Assembly (NCBI RefSeq): GCF_009914755.1
Contig: NC_060934.1
Length of the DNA stretch: 64,000 nucleotides
Strand: one strand, 5' to 3'
Source: the human T2T-CHM13v2.0 reference genome, Homo sapiens
The position numbers and the translations under genes were made by a program. Below, piece after piece: positions 1 to 14,270 of the stretch. The notes under the pieces were generated by a model. It made no database searches, was not told where the DNA came from, and worked only from the letters and a program-made list of their open reading frames with translations. Numbering within the stretch: the stretch's first letter is position 1; each line of letters opens with the position of its first letter.

Positions 1-2580
1 AGTAAGATTCCATGGAGTGGATCTGCTACACCTGGACCATTCACCCATTGAAGGCTCTCTGGAGAGCTCCTGGTTTGGGGTTACTATGAACAAACCTAAT
101 ATAAGCTTTTGTGTACAGATTTTTGCATGACTACAAGTCTTCATTTCTCTGAGATAAATGCCTGGGAGTGCAGTTGCTGGGTCACATATCAATTGCATGT
201 TTAGTTTTTATAAGAAACTAACAAACTGTTTTCTGGAGTGGCTTCAACATTTTACATTCCCACCAACAACATATATGTGATGCAGTTTCTCCACATCCTT
301 ACCAGCATGTGAGGTTGTCACTGTTTTTTATTTTAGCTATGTTGATGTGTACATAATTGTATCTCCATGCAATTTTAACTTGTATTTCCCTAATGAGTAA
401 TGATGATGAACATGTTTTCATGGGTTTATTTGCCATCTGTGTATGCTCTTGTATGGAATAACTCTTCATATCTTTTGCCTGTTTCCTAATTTGCTTGTCT
501 GTTTGTTTACTACTGTATTTTGAGAGCTATTAATTCTAGACCTTAAAAGCCTTCATCAGGTAAGTAGTTTGTAAATATTTTCTCCCAGCTTGTCTTTTCA
601 TTCACTTAACAGGCTCTTTCACAAAACAAAAGCTTCTAATTTTAAGAAAGTCCAATTATTTTTCATGTCAATTCTAATAACCTGGCTAGTTCTAGATCCC
701 CAAAATTTTCTGCTATTAAAAAAAAAGTTTTATAGCTTTACATTTACATCCATGATCCATTTTGAGTTAGTTTTTGTATAAGGTGTGAATTCATTATTTT
801 TGCTACGATGACCAGTTACTCCTGCATCATTTTTTGGAAAGGCTGTCCATCCTCTGATGAATGGCTTTGGTACCTTTGTGGAAGATTAGCTGGGCATATT
901 TGTGTGAGTAGGTTTCTGAGTCCCATTGATCTATGTGTGTCCATCCCTCTGCCAGTACCCCACTGTCTTGATTAGTAAGCTTTAATTTCAAACAGTGATT
1001 CCTCCCATTTATTCTTCCTTCTCAAGATGGTTTTTGCTGTTCTAGGTCCTGTGTGTTTCCACATAAATTTTATGGAAAAATAAGCTTGTCTATATCCACA
1101 AAAATTCTTGCTAAAATTTTGACAATAACTACATTAAACCTATAGAATTTTGGAAGAATTGACATCCTTATATATTGACCCCTGCACATGTTTTGTTAAG
1201 TTTATAATGAAGTATTTCATTATTTTTGGAATGAATGTAAATGATATTGTATTTTTAATTTTTTTCATGCCTTCTTTGTTAGTCTATAGAAATGGATTGA
1301 TTTTTGTGTGTTGATCTTACATACTGCAACTTGCTAAACTCAGTTATTAGTTCTTTTGCAGATTCCTTGGGATTTTCTAGAGAGACTATCATGTCATCTG
1401 CAAATACAGACAGTTAAATTCTTTCATTCCAATCTGCATGTCTTTTATTTATTTTTCTTGACATATTGTAGTTGGTAGAACTTCCAGTAGCCTACTGCAT
1501 AAGAGAGGTGAGAATGGACACTTTTCCTTGTACCAAGTTATAGAAAGAAAGTATTCAGTCTTTTACCATTAAGTATGTTAGCTGTAGGTTTTTACAGATG
1601 CTCTTCATGAAGTTAAGGAAATTCTCCTTTCCTCCAAGTTTGCTGAGAGTTTTTATCATGACTAGGTGTTGGGATTTTGTCAAATACTGTTTCTGTGTCA
1701 ACTGATAGAATCACATGACTTTTCCTCTGTTGCCTGTTGGTAGGTGTATTACATTGGTTGATCTTGTAATACCGAACCAACCCTGCATACCTGGGATAAA
1801 TCCCAACTGTTCATGGTGTATAATTCCTTTTAAATGTTGCTGAATTTGATTTGCTGATATTTTGTCAACAATCCTTGTGCTAAAGTTCATGAGAAATGTT
1901 GGTCTGTACTTTTATTTTCATGTGTTGTCTTTGTCTGGTTTTTGTATCAGGCCTAGTCTCATAAAATTAGTTGGCAAGTGTTCTTTCCTCTTCTATATTT
2001 TTAAGACAGATTTTGTAAAATATGTGTTAATTCTTCATAAATATGTGGTAGAATTCTCCAATGAAACCATCTGGGCCTAAAGACTTCTTTTAAATTTCAC
2101 ATTCAATTTATAATTGTTATAAGACTATTCAAGTTGCATGTTTCATATTGGTTGAGTTTTGGCCACTTTCGGTTTTTGAGGAATTGGCTCATTTCTTCCA
2201 CACTGATGAATTTATGAGGGTAAAACTGTTTATAGCATTCCTTTGCTGTTTTCAAAATGGCTGCAAGATCTGTAATATCTCTGTTTTATTCCTGATACTG
2301 GTGATTTGAGTCTTCTCTTGTTTTATCTTTGTGACTCTTGCCAGAGGTTTATTTTTTGAAGAACTAGATTTTTGTTTCCTTGTTTTTCTCTATTGTTTTC
2401 CTGTTGTCAATTTCATTGACTGCTGCTCTTTATTATTTCCTTTGCTCTGCCTTGCTCTGGGTTTATTTTGCTTTTCTTTCTCACGTTTCTTGGGGTAGTA
2501 ATTTCAATGATTGATCTGAGACTTTTCCTCTTTTCTAATGTAAGCTTTCAGTGCTGTAAAATTCTATTTCAGGCTTTTTT
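1..2580 (-). mobile_element. Old L1M (L1MB/L1MC-type) fragment, ORF2 3' half
   Basis: Antisense L1 motifs (ttttacattcccaccaacaa, atcatgtcatctgcaaatacagacag, aaaccatctgggcct); heavily decayed, no ORF. Confidence 0.8.
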
Positions 2581-3379
2581 CATTTGAAAGTAGAAGGTTT
2601 GCATAGGCACATGGAATAGAGAAGACAGGCGTGCTTGACAATGGGCTCTGCCGCCTTTCAGCCTGCTCCCTGGGTTAGTTATTTCAACTCTCAGGGATTC
2701 CTCATCCAGAACCCGGCTGTCGTGCACAAGGCTGTGGGTTTCTGGGAAGACTAAGACTGCTGCTTGGAGCAGACCCTCAGCAAACAGCCTTTCCTCTCCA
2801 CTCCTTTCTTTCCTTCTCTGGCAGTTTGATTCTGTGATTAACTTTAAAATAACATTTATTTTACATGATTACAAAATAGATACATTTTCATTGGAGAAAA
2901 TTTGGAAAACACAAAAAGCTATTGAGAAAACAACCTATCTACAAACCTTGCCACTCCACCTGGCCCAGACCTCTGCTCACTTAGGCGGGCACCCTCTTGA
3001 CTTCCTGACGTGAATTTTTTTTTCCATAAGTTATTGAGGTACAGGTGGTATTTTGTTACATGGGTAAGTTCTTTAGTGGTGATTTGTGAGATTTTGGTGC
3101 ACCCATCACCCAAGCAGTATACACTGCACCATATTTGGAGTCTTTTATCCCTCGGCCCCCTCCTACTCTTCCCCTCAAGTTCCCAAAGTCCATTGTATCA
3201 TTCTTACGCCTTTGCATCCTCATAGCTTAGCTCCCACATATCAGTGAGAACATACGATGTTTGGTTTTCCATTCCTGAGTTACTTCACTTAGAATAATAT
3301 TATCCAATCTCATCCAGGTCACTGCGAATGCTGTTAATCCATTCCTTTGTAAGGCTGAATAGTAGAGTAGTATTCCATC

Positions 3380-3417
3380 ATATATGTATATATATATATA
3401 GGAATGTAAAGCTATAA

Positions 3418-3478
<61 letters not shown>
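3380..3478. repeat. (TA)n(CA)n(TA)n microsatellite
   Basis: Directly visible. Confidence 0.95.
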
Positions 3479-3656
3479 ATCACAGTTTCTTTATCCACCA
3501 ATTGATTGATGGGCATTTGAATTTGTTCCACAACTTTGCTATTGTAAATTGTGCTGCTATAAACATGCCTGTGCAAGTATCTTTTTTGAATAATGACTTC
3601 TTTTCCTCTGGGTAGATAACCAGTAGTGGGATTGCTGGGTCAAATGGTAATTCTAC

Positions 3657-4725
3657 TGTTGCAGGAAGTCAGGGACCCGGAACAGAGGGACCAGCTGAAG
3701 CCATGGCAGAAGAACATATATTGTGAAGATTTCATGGACATTTATCAGTTCCCCAAATTAATACTTTTATAATTTCTTATGCCTGTCTTTACTGCAATCT
3801 CTGAAAACAAATTGTGAAGATTTCATGGACATTTTTCACTTCCCTAGTCAATACTCTTATAATTTCCTATGCCTGTCTTTACTTTAATCTCTTAACCCCA
3901 TTATCTTCATAAGCTGAGGATGTATGTCAACTCAGGACCCTGTGATGATTGCGTTAACTGTACAAATTGTTTGTAAAACATGTGTGTTTGAACAATATGA
4001 AATCAGTGCACCCTGAAAAAGAACAGAATAATAGCGATTTTCAGGGAACAAGGACAGATAACCATGAGGTCTGACTGCCTGCGGGTTTGGACAGAATAGA
4101 GCCATATTTTTCTTCTTGCAGAGAGCGTATAGATGGATGTGCATGTAGGAGAAATATCGCTGAATTATTTTCCCAGCAAGGAATAGCCTAGGGAAGGAAT
4201 GCATTCCTGGGGGTAGGTCTATAGACAGCCACTCTGGGAGTGTGTGTCTTATGCGGTTGAGATAAGGACTGAAATACGCCTTGGTCTCCTGCAGTGCCCT
4301 CAGGCTTACTAGGATTAGGAAATTCCAGCCTGGTAAATTCTAGTCAGACCAGTTGTCTGCTTTCAAACCCTGTTTCCTGTTAAGATGTGTATCAAGACAA
4401 TGCTTGCACAGTGGGACATAGAACCTCATCAGTAATTCTAATTTTGCCTTGCCTTGTGATCTTTATTGCGCATTGAAGCATGTGGTCTTTGTGGCTTATT
4501 CCCTGTTCATACACCGCCCCCCTTCTAAAATCCCTAATAAAAACTTGCTGGTTTTGTGTCTCGAAGTCACCATCATGGTCCTACCAATATGTGATGACAC
4601 CCCCAGAGGCCCAGCTGTAAAATTTCTCTCTTTGTACTCTTTCTCTTTGTTTCTCAGACCAGCTGACACTTAGAAAAAATAGAAAAGAACTTATGTTGAA
4701 ATACTGGGGGCTGGCTCCCCCAATA
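3657..4725 (+). mobile_element. MER11 (MER11A-like) solo LTR, ERVK class
   Basis: Starts tgttgcaggaagtcagggacc, ends ctggctcccccaata; 6-bp TSD ttctac (3651-3656)/tcctac (4726-4731). Confidence 0.9.
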
Positions 4726-7700
4726 TCCTACTTTTAGTTCTTTAAGGAATCTCCACACCGTTTCCCATAGTGGCTGTACTAGTTTACATTCCCATCAGCA
4801 GTGTAGGAGTGTTCCCTGATCACTGCATCCATGTGAACATCTACTGTTTTTTGATTTTTTGGTTATGGCCATTCTTGCAGGAGTAAGTTGGTATCACATT
4901 GTGGTTTTGATTTGCATTTCCCTGATCACTGGTGATGTTGAGCATTTTTTCATATGTTTGTTGGCCATTTGTATATCTTCTTTTGAGAACTGTCTATTCA
5001 TGTCCTTAGCCCACTTTTTGATGGGATTGTTTGTTTTTTTTCTTACTGATTTGTTTGAGTTCATTGTAGATTCTGGATATTAGTCCTTTGTCAGAGGTAT
5101 AGATTGTGAAGATTTTCTCCCACTCTGTGGGTTGTCTGTTCCTCTGCTGACTGTTCCTTTTGCCATACAAAAGCTCTTTAGGTTAATTAAGTCCCAGCTA
5201 TTTATCTTTGTTTTTATTGCATTTGCTTTTGGGTTCTTGGTCATGAAATCCTTGCCTAAGCCAATGTCTACAGGGGTTTTTCCAATGTTATCTTCTAATA
5301 TTATCTCACTTCACTTAATGGTATCTTAATCATATCTTTGTGTTATCAAATATTTTTCTAAAATATGATTTTAACATATGTGGATATGCCATAATTCTAC
5401 AGCTGATTTATATTTAAGCTTTAATTTTTGTCATTATGAGTTGAATTTTGTGAACAAATTCACACATCTTTGGGCATGTCTCTGATTTTTTTCCTTAAGA
5501 CAGATTCCTAGAAAGGGAATTTTTGTGTCAAAGACTGTGATCATTTTTAAGATTACTGCCTAGAAAATTTGTCCCCAAATCCACTCCACCTGGAAGTATG
5601 CCCTACCTTCCTTTATGTGGAGTGTTCAATTATTTTTTAAATATTGTATTTGCATTTATTGTGGATGAAATCTTATATTTTATTGTTTTAACTTGCATTC
5701 CATGCTAGTAAAGCAAGTGTGACCCTCAATGTCCAATCACAGGTGTAAAGAACAATGTTATTTCTCTCTTTATGGAAAATTCTAAGCCCCCATCCCTTTC
5801 TTGGACCTTTTTTGTGGTCTGGCATCTTTTATGGATACTTTCTAGCCTCAGTGACCACTGGCCCTGGCTACCTCTGAGACCATGCGGCTCTGGTCGGCAG
5901 ACCAGAAACTAAAAATGGGCCCTTCATGTTTGCAGTCTTTGTTGCTCCCATTTCCTCCTTGGTCATAAGGCCCTCCCACCCCCAACTGCAGTGCCCACTG
6001 CCTGAAGTCACAGGTGGAGCCCCAGCCCCTGGCAGCCCTCCCAGGCTCTGCAAGGCCCCAGCCCCCTCTGCATCTCAGATGTTCTTCCTGGCCACCCCGG
6101 GACACAAGCATCCTCCATTTAGGGCATTGGGCTTTTAAGGGAGTGGCTGCCTCTGGGCTCTTCTCACTTCCAAAGAGGGCAAAACAGAAAACAACATGCA
6201 TTCAGCAACTCAGAAATCACCTTGCTGTACAGCCAGTCTCCTGGGGTCACAGGTTGTCTTCCCACGTGTCTCCCTGTTCTCCTGCTCTTTCATGATTTAT
6301 AAGAGCTCTTTGTACGGGAACGACAGTGGTCCTCTGGTTATAGTGTGTGTGGCAGTGGTTCCACAAGGGAGGCATTATTTGCCCTTGAACTTTGCCTGTG
6401 AGCTGTGCCTGTGCGTTGCTTTGCTTTGCTTTTTAATTTTGAAGGGAGTTGATGCCTCCCGTGCTTGTTTGCTTTCACTGTGCTTTCCTGATTAGAAAGG
6501 CTTTTCCACCCTCCACTCAGCATCTTATGGTTTCTTTGTTAACACTGGAACTCAATTGCTCTGGAATGGACTTGGGGGTTAGGGGTGTGGACTTCCATTT
6601 TCTCACCAGGTAGGGTGTGCCCCCAGCACCCCTAGACATGTCCCTTCTGTCTAGGTCAGCATTTGCTGGATTGCACAGGAGACCCGCGGTCTCCTGAAGG
6701 GGATGAGATGAGAAGGATGCGGAGAGATACTGAGGGGCTCCCCACCCAGCACCCTGCTGAGCCCCCCTTTCTCCCTGTGGAAGGAAAGACAAGCCTCACC
6801 CAGGCATTGACCATGGGTGACCACTCATTCTGCAAGCAGGTGAGATCCTCAGAGTGGCTTCCTCCCAGTGCTCAGCAGGATTCCTGGACAAAGGGAGTTG
6901 TCAACCTTTGGGTGGTGGCCCCACGACCCTACTTGAGAGCCCCTTGGCTCTGGCCTAGAGGCAGGGACCTCCATCCAGCCTCTGCTTCCCACCTGGGCCT
7001 TCACCTTGATTGTGCTTGAGACAGGTGGGGTGGGGGCCCAGTGAGAAGGAGGCAGAGAGGGGCTCCAGAGCCAGGCTCCTGTGGGGAGGGAGCCCATCCT
7101 TCTGAAGATATCATCAGGGTCTGAAGGCACATTGGGAGGTGTGCTCAGTCACTGAAATTAAATGAGGGACAACTACACACACAAGGAGCCTTCACCCCTG
7201 TTAGTCAGGGACACTGCTCGGCCCATGCCCCACCTCCACATCTCCTCCCTATCCTGCTGTGGCAGAGCCTGCCCTCTAGCCCTCTGCAGCCCCGACCCAA
7301 GTCCAGCTCCCGGCTCCCAGTCCTGCAGCTGCAGAGGCATCCTGGGGAGGGGCAGCTCCTGGCCCACCCCAAAGCAGAGTTTGGTAGCTATGTTGCATCT
7401 GGCATCTGCATTGGACTAAGAGATCCATCAAGTTCAACTAGGGGAACAGCTCCTTCATGTTCTGTTTGGCTGACTAATTCAATAGCAGACACCCAGGCCT
7501 GGGCTGGCAGAGGCACTCCCAAATCCAATGAAGGTCTCGCTCTGCAGCCAGTCTGGCAGCATTACCTGGGCATTTTGCTCGCTCAGCATAGACCTGAGTC
7601 AGGCCCCAGCCACCGCCACCCCCAGGAGCTCACAGGGCCATGCTACTGCCACCAGGCCTCCCCAAGCAAGCACCCTTCCTCATAAATAAGATTATTTATG

Positions 7701-8049
7701 GTGGGCAAAGATTAGAAAAACCCAGGCTATCTCTTTGTAGTGGTGAATGTTTTAAAATTAAAACCAACAGAAAGTAACACTTCCCAAGGGAACATTCTTA
7801 CAGTGACTATGACCTAAAACTTGTAACATTCATCACTTCTAAAATATGTTGAGGATATTTAATATATAATTGCATTGTGAACTCATTAAATATTTGCATA
7901 ATTATAAATAGAAAACATAAATAAAAGGAAAGGTTACAATATGAGTAAACACATAAAACTGATATTTAATTCACTGTGCTGATTAGCAGTGCACTTATTT
8001 ATATTGGTACTTGAGTTTAAGACTATATGCATACTTTTTTCTTTGTTTC

Positions 8050-8385
8050 AAATTTTTATTTTTTAAAATAAAATTATATATATTTAAGTGTACAGCCTGT
8101 TTTGATTCATATATGAATATCTATGTATGTGTTTGTATATATACATATGTATACACAGTTAAATGATTACTACAGTCAAATTAACATATCTATCTTCTCA
8201 TATAATTAGATGACAGCAACTGAAATATATTCTCTTTGCAAATTTCCAGTATGCAATATTATTAACTATAATCACATAACTGCAACTTTGTACTCTTGGA
8301 CCAACAGATTCCCTTTTCTCCTACCGCCCTGTCCCTGGTAACCACCATTCTACCCTGCTTCCATGTATGAAATTTTTAAGATTCT
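8050..8385 (-). mobile_element. L1MA-type 3' end fragment
   Basis: ccctggtaaccaccattcta and ttaacatatctatc motifs typical of L1MA 3'UTRs. Confidence 0.65.
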
Positions 8386-8686
<301 letters not shown>

Positions 8687-9012
8687 CAATAGAGTACCTC
8701 AACACTCTATTATAATCAACACTCCACTATCGTCAATGGACAAATCATCCAGATAACAAAAAAGTATGAGTTAAGCTGTACTCTATACCAAATTAACCTA
8801 ATAGAAATTTACAAAGCTTTCCATCCACAACTGCACAATGCACATTCTACTCAGCAGCACATGGATTATTCTCTAGGATACACTATGTGTTAGGCCAAAG
8901 ATTAAGTAACAACACATTTTTAAAAACTGAAATCATATCAAGTATCTTTTCTTACCACAGTGGAGCACTACTAGAAATCAATAACAGCAGGAAATTTAAA
9001 AACTTTACCAAT

Positions 9013-9102
9013 AGCCACAGTGGCTCAGGCCAGTTGTCCTGGTGCTCAGGGAGGCAAGGCTACACTTTCGAGGCCAACCTGGTCAACATTGACAAAAAAA
9101 AA
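9013..9102 (+). ncRNA. snaR-related (ASR/CAS-like) Alu-left-monomer derivative; possible Pol III gene or pseudogene
   Basis: agccacagtggctcaggccagttg...ctcagggaggc...ttcgaggccaacctggtcaacat + A tract resembles snaR (recalled: GAGCCATTGTGGCTCAGGCCGGTTG...CTCACGGAGGC...GTTCGAGGCCAGCCTGGTCCACATG); A-box 9021-9031, degenerate B-box 9066-9074. Confidence 0.7.
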
Positions 9103-9105
9103 TAA

Positions 9106-9405
<300 letters not shown>

Positions 9406-11940
9406 CTGTACAAATATATGAAAATTGAAATACATGCTTATGAACAACTGATAAATGAAAAAATTTAAAATTCATTGAAACAAATAAGGGAAATTAAAAA
9501 TTCATTGAAACAAGAATAGAAACACAATGTAACAAAACCTGTGGGATGCAGCAAAAGCAATTGTAAGAGAAAAAGTGCGTAGCTATAAATGCCTTCATCC
9601 AAAAAGTAGAAAGATCTCAAATAGCCAACCTGACAGTACAGTTCAAGTAATGAGGAAAACAAGAAAAATCAAATGCTAAAATTAGTAGAAAAAAATAAAA
9701 CATAAATATTAGGGAAGAAATTTTAAAAATAGAAACTAAAAAAATTACAAAAAGTCAAAGGAACAAAGAGCTGGGGTTGTTTAGAAAAAAAAAATCAAAA
9801 TTGACAAGCTATGAAGAGACTAGGAAAAAGAAAAAGAAAACTGCAATAAAATCATAGATGAAAAAGGAGACATTACAATTGATAACACAGAAATACAAAG
9901 GATCGTAAGAGATTACTAAAAACACCTATATAGAAACAAACTGAAAAATCTAGGAGAAATGAATAAATTTCTGGCAACATAAAAAATTCTCAAGATAGAA
10001 TAATAAAGAAATAAAAATTCTGAACAGACTAATAATAAGTAATGAAATTAAAGCAGTAATAAAAATATCCTATCAAAGAAAAACAGAAGAATTATGGCTT
10101 CACTGCTGAATTCTACTAAACATTTTTAAAAGAAGTAATACTAATTTTACTCCCCAAAAAATAAAAAGGAAGAAATACTTCCAAACTTGTTCTATGAGGC
10201 CAGCATTACCCTGCTACAAAAACCAGACCAGGACACAGCACAAAAAGAAAACCACAGGCAAATATCCCTGATGAACATAGATGCAAAAAATCCTCAACAA
10301 AATACTTGGAGAAAATTGCACTTGACAACACAATAAGAAGATCATCTGCCATGATCAAGTGGGATACGTTGGAGGAATATGAGAATGATTCAATAAACAA
10401 AAATAAATAAATGCCATACATCACATTCAATGAATCAAGAACAAAAACCATATAATCATTTCAGTAGATGCTGAAAACAATAAAATTCAACATTCTTCCA
10501 TGATAAAAACTAAAAATGAGTACAGAAGGAACATATTTCAGCACAATAAAGGCCATATATGACAAACCCACAGCTAACGTAATCAATGGGGGAAAAGATA
10601 AAAGCTCTTCCTCTAAGATCTTAAACAAGTGTGGCTGCTTTTACCACTTTTATTCATCATGGTACAGGAAGTGCTAGCTAGAGCAATTAGACAGGAGAAT
10701 GCAATGAAAGGCATCCAAATTGGAAAAAAAGGAAGTCAAACTATCTCTGTTTGCAGGTGACATGATCATATATACATAGAGAGAGAACCCTAAGGATTCC
10801 ACAAAAAAAACCTACTAGACATAATAAATTTAGTAAAGTTGCAAAATACAATATCAATATACAAAAATGAGTACCAGGCCCATGCACCAATAGTGAAACA
10901 CATAAGAAAGAAATCAAGAAAGCTATTTCATTACAGTAGCTGCCCACCACCCCACAAAAAAAATTGCTACCTAAGGATAGACTTAACCAAAAACGTCAAA
11001 GACCCTACAATGAAAACTATAAAACATAGATGAAAGATATTAAAGCAGATACAAGTAAATGGAAAGATATCCCATCTGCATGCACCAGAAGACTATTGTT
11101 AAAATATCTATATCACTCAATGTGATCTACAGAATCAATGCAATCCATGTTAAATTACAAAAGACATTCTTCATAGAAATAGAAAAAAAACTATACTAAA
11201 ATTCACATGGAAATGCAAAATACCTCAGATAAACAAAAGAATCTTGAATAAAAAGAAAAGCTGGAGGCATCACACTACCTGATTTCAAAATACACTACAA
11301 AATATATTATAATTCTATAGTAACTTCAAATCTATAGTATAGTATCAAAACAGCATGGTACTTCAAAAAAAGGGGCAAGGGAGAGACAGAGACAGACAAA
11401 TGACAGACATAAACAAATGAAACAGAATAGAGAACTCAGAAATAAATTAACATATTTACAGTCAACACATTTTTAACAAAGGCACCAAGAACACATCTTC
11501 CTGAAGGACAATCTCTTCAATAAACTTTGCTAGGAAAACCCAACACCCAAATGTAGAAGAATAAATCTAGACCGTTATCTTATCATATACAAAAATCAAC
11601 TCAAAATGAAGATTTAAATGTAGGACCTGAAACTACGAAACTACTAGAGAAGAAAACATAGGATAAATGCTTAATGAAACTGGTTAGGACAAGGAATTTT
11701 CAAATAGACATCAAAAGCACAAGCAATAAAAGCAAAAATAGACAAATGGAATTACATTAAACTTAAAAGCTTCTGCAAAGCAGAGGAAGCAATCAGTAGA
11801 AAGAAGAAACAATCCAGAGACTGAAAGAAAGTATTTGCAAACTTTACCTCAGGCAAGCAGTTAATACACAAGATATATAAAGCAAAACTACTCAAAAGCA
11901 AAAATGAAAATAATCTAATTTAAAAATCAGAAAAAGATCT

Positions 11941-12400
11941 CCCCAAAACTTTGTCCCCCACCATTATTTCCCCAACTTCTTTTCCCAACTGCCTTCAGCC
12001 CCCTCCCTCTCGCCACCCTTTTTTTCTCCATCTAGCCCAAAACTTTTTCCCCACCATTTTCCCCCAACGTCTTTTCACAAAGCCCTCTCTGCTGCTCACA
12101 ACCCTTTTCCCCACCAACTTTTCCCCTTCTCCTTGGCCACCCTCTTTTCCCCTCTCACGCTCTCATCACCCTCTTGTTCTCCTCCATCTACCCGAAAACA
12201 TTTTGCCCCGTCTTTTGCCAAAGCCTTCTCCCCACTCCTGCTGCTCACCACTGTCTTTTCAAACTCCATCTACCCAAAAACTTATTTTCCCCCCACCCTC
12301 TTCTTGCAACGCCTTCTCCTGCTCTCCATCCTTTTTTCCCTTTGGCACTCACCACCCTCTTTATCCCTCCATGTACCCCAAAACTATTTTCTTCTCTCCT
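11941..12400. repeat. C/T-rich degenerate low-complexity repeat flanking the REP522-like element
   Basis: Recurring ccatctacccaaaaact / ttttcccccacc modules; very few G on the + strand. Confidence 0.75.
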
Positions 12401-12518
12401 ACCACTCCAGCTGCGCAGCAGTCTCCTTCTCCGCCACCAACCGCAGCCAGGCGAGGTGTGATGTCACAGGCCCCAGCTTCCAACGTGCCGCAGATGGCTC
12501 CCCTTTCTCGTCGTCTAG

Positions 12519-13010
<492 letters not shown>

Positions 13011-13088
13011 CTACTCATTCTCTAAGATAGCACGGAACAGCTGGGCGGGCAGACACACAAAAGCCTGGAGCAGCCTGACTCCTCACCT

Positions 13089-13346
13089 CAGCATGCTTTA
13101 TATACTAAGGTTATGCAAATGAGGTTCCTAGACTACATGTTCTAATTGGATGAGAGAAAAACCTCTAGGTCTACTCTGACTGGACTTTGTTATCATGTTC
13201 TGATTGTATGAGAGCAAGTCTTAGGACAACCAGTCACAGCATGAAAATAAAGTCCAGTCAGAGTAAGCCTAGAGGTTCATCTTATCCAATCAGAACATGT
13301 AGTCCAGGAACCCCCATTGCCTAAGCTCATTATATAAAGCATGCTG
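13089..13346. promoter_or_regulatory. Mirror-image divergent promoter core (CCAAT, octamer, TATA)
   Basis: TATATAAA at 13331-13338 (+) and 13097-13104 (-); CCAAT at 13286-13290 (+) and ATTGG at 13145-13149; ATGCAAAT at 13113-13120. Confidence 0.6.
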
Positions 13347-13569
13347 CAGTGAGTCAGGCCATTCCAGGCTCTGTTGTATCTGCCCACCCAGCTCTTTCCT
13401 CCCAGACTTAGCGGACAAGAAGAGGGAGACACCTGCTGCACGCTGGAGGCTGGAGGCTGGAGCCTGTGGCACCTCAGCTCACCTCACTGCCAACAGGATG
13501 ACGGAGACTGTGGTGTGGCCAAAGTGGTAGAATGGTGGCAAGTGTGTTAACCAAGGCATCTCTTCCCAC

Positions 13570-14270
13570 AGCATGGGGCAGTTTCGGGGCCTATCCTGGG
13601 CTGCACTGCCCATGGCAGGGACTGGTTGGGTGCACTATCCCGGGCTGCACTGCTGGCGGCAGTGGGGCACTTGAGGGGAGCTATCCAGGGCTGTGTTGCC
13701 CACAGTGTTGGGGGGGATTGGGGGCATGATCCTGGATGGACAGGGTCTGCTTGGGTGTGCTATCCAGGGCATCACTTCCCCTGGCAGGAGGCTGGTTGAG
13801 GGCACTATCCTAGATGGCACTGCCTGTGGGGTGGGGGGGGCACTGTTTGGGTGCACTATCCCGGGCTGCACTGCTGGCAGCAGTGGGGTTCTTGGGGGGA
13901 GCTATCCAGGGCTGTGTTGCCCATGGTGTGGGGCAGATTGGGGATGCAACCCCAGACAGCCATGGGCTCGTTGGATGCACTATCCAGGGCATCACTTCCC
14001 CTGGCGGAGGGCTGGTTGAAGGTGCTATCCCAGGCTGCACTGCTGGGGGCAGTGGGGCATTTTGGGGGTTCTATCCAGTGCTGCACTGCCTGCAGTGGGG
14101 GCCCTATCCGGTCTTGCAACGCCTGTGGCTGTGATGGGTTGTGAGCAATATGGGTACTACACTGCTGGTGGCAGGGGGCAGTTTGGGGGTGCTGTAAGGG
14201 TTACACTGCCTGCCAGGGGTGGGGGGATGTTGGGGGCACTATCTAGGGCCTGCACTGCTGGAGGCAGGAG
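13570..14270. repeat. G-rich minisatellite, ~45-bp monomer with ~221-bp higher-order period
   Basis: ctatcc..ggctgcactg core recurs; a 32-mer is identical at 13626 and 13847. Confidence 0.85.

Larger units (their letters stand above)
3015..5300 (-). mobile_element. L1PB-type 3' fragment interrupted by a MER11 LTR
   Basis: ccataagttattgaggtacaggtggtattt 3'UTR motif; ORF 3227-3457 ends in the L1 ORF2 C-terminal motif (WMRLDNIILSEVTQEWKTKHRMFSLICGS); L1 resumes in register at 4726. Confidence 0.85.

Noticed and set aside
5800-7680. GC-rich unique block as a gene or CpG island
   Set aside because: CpG-poor, no coherent exon structure or recognisable protein
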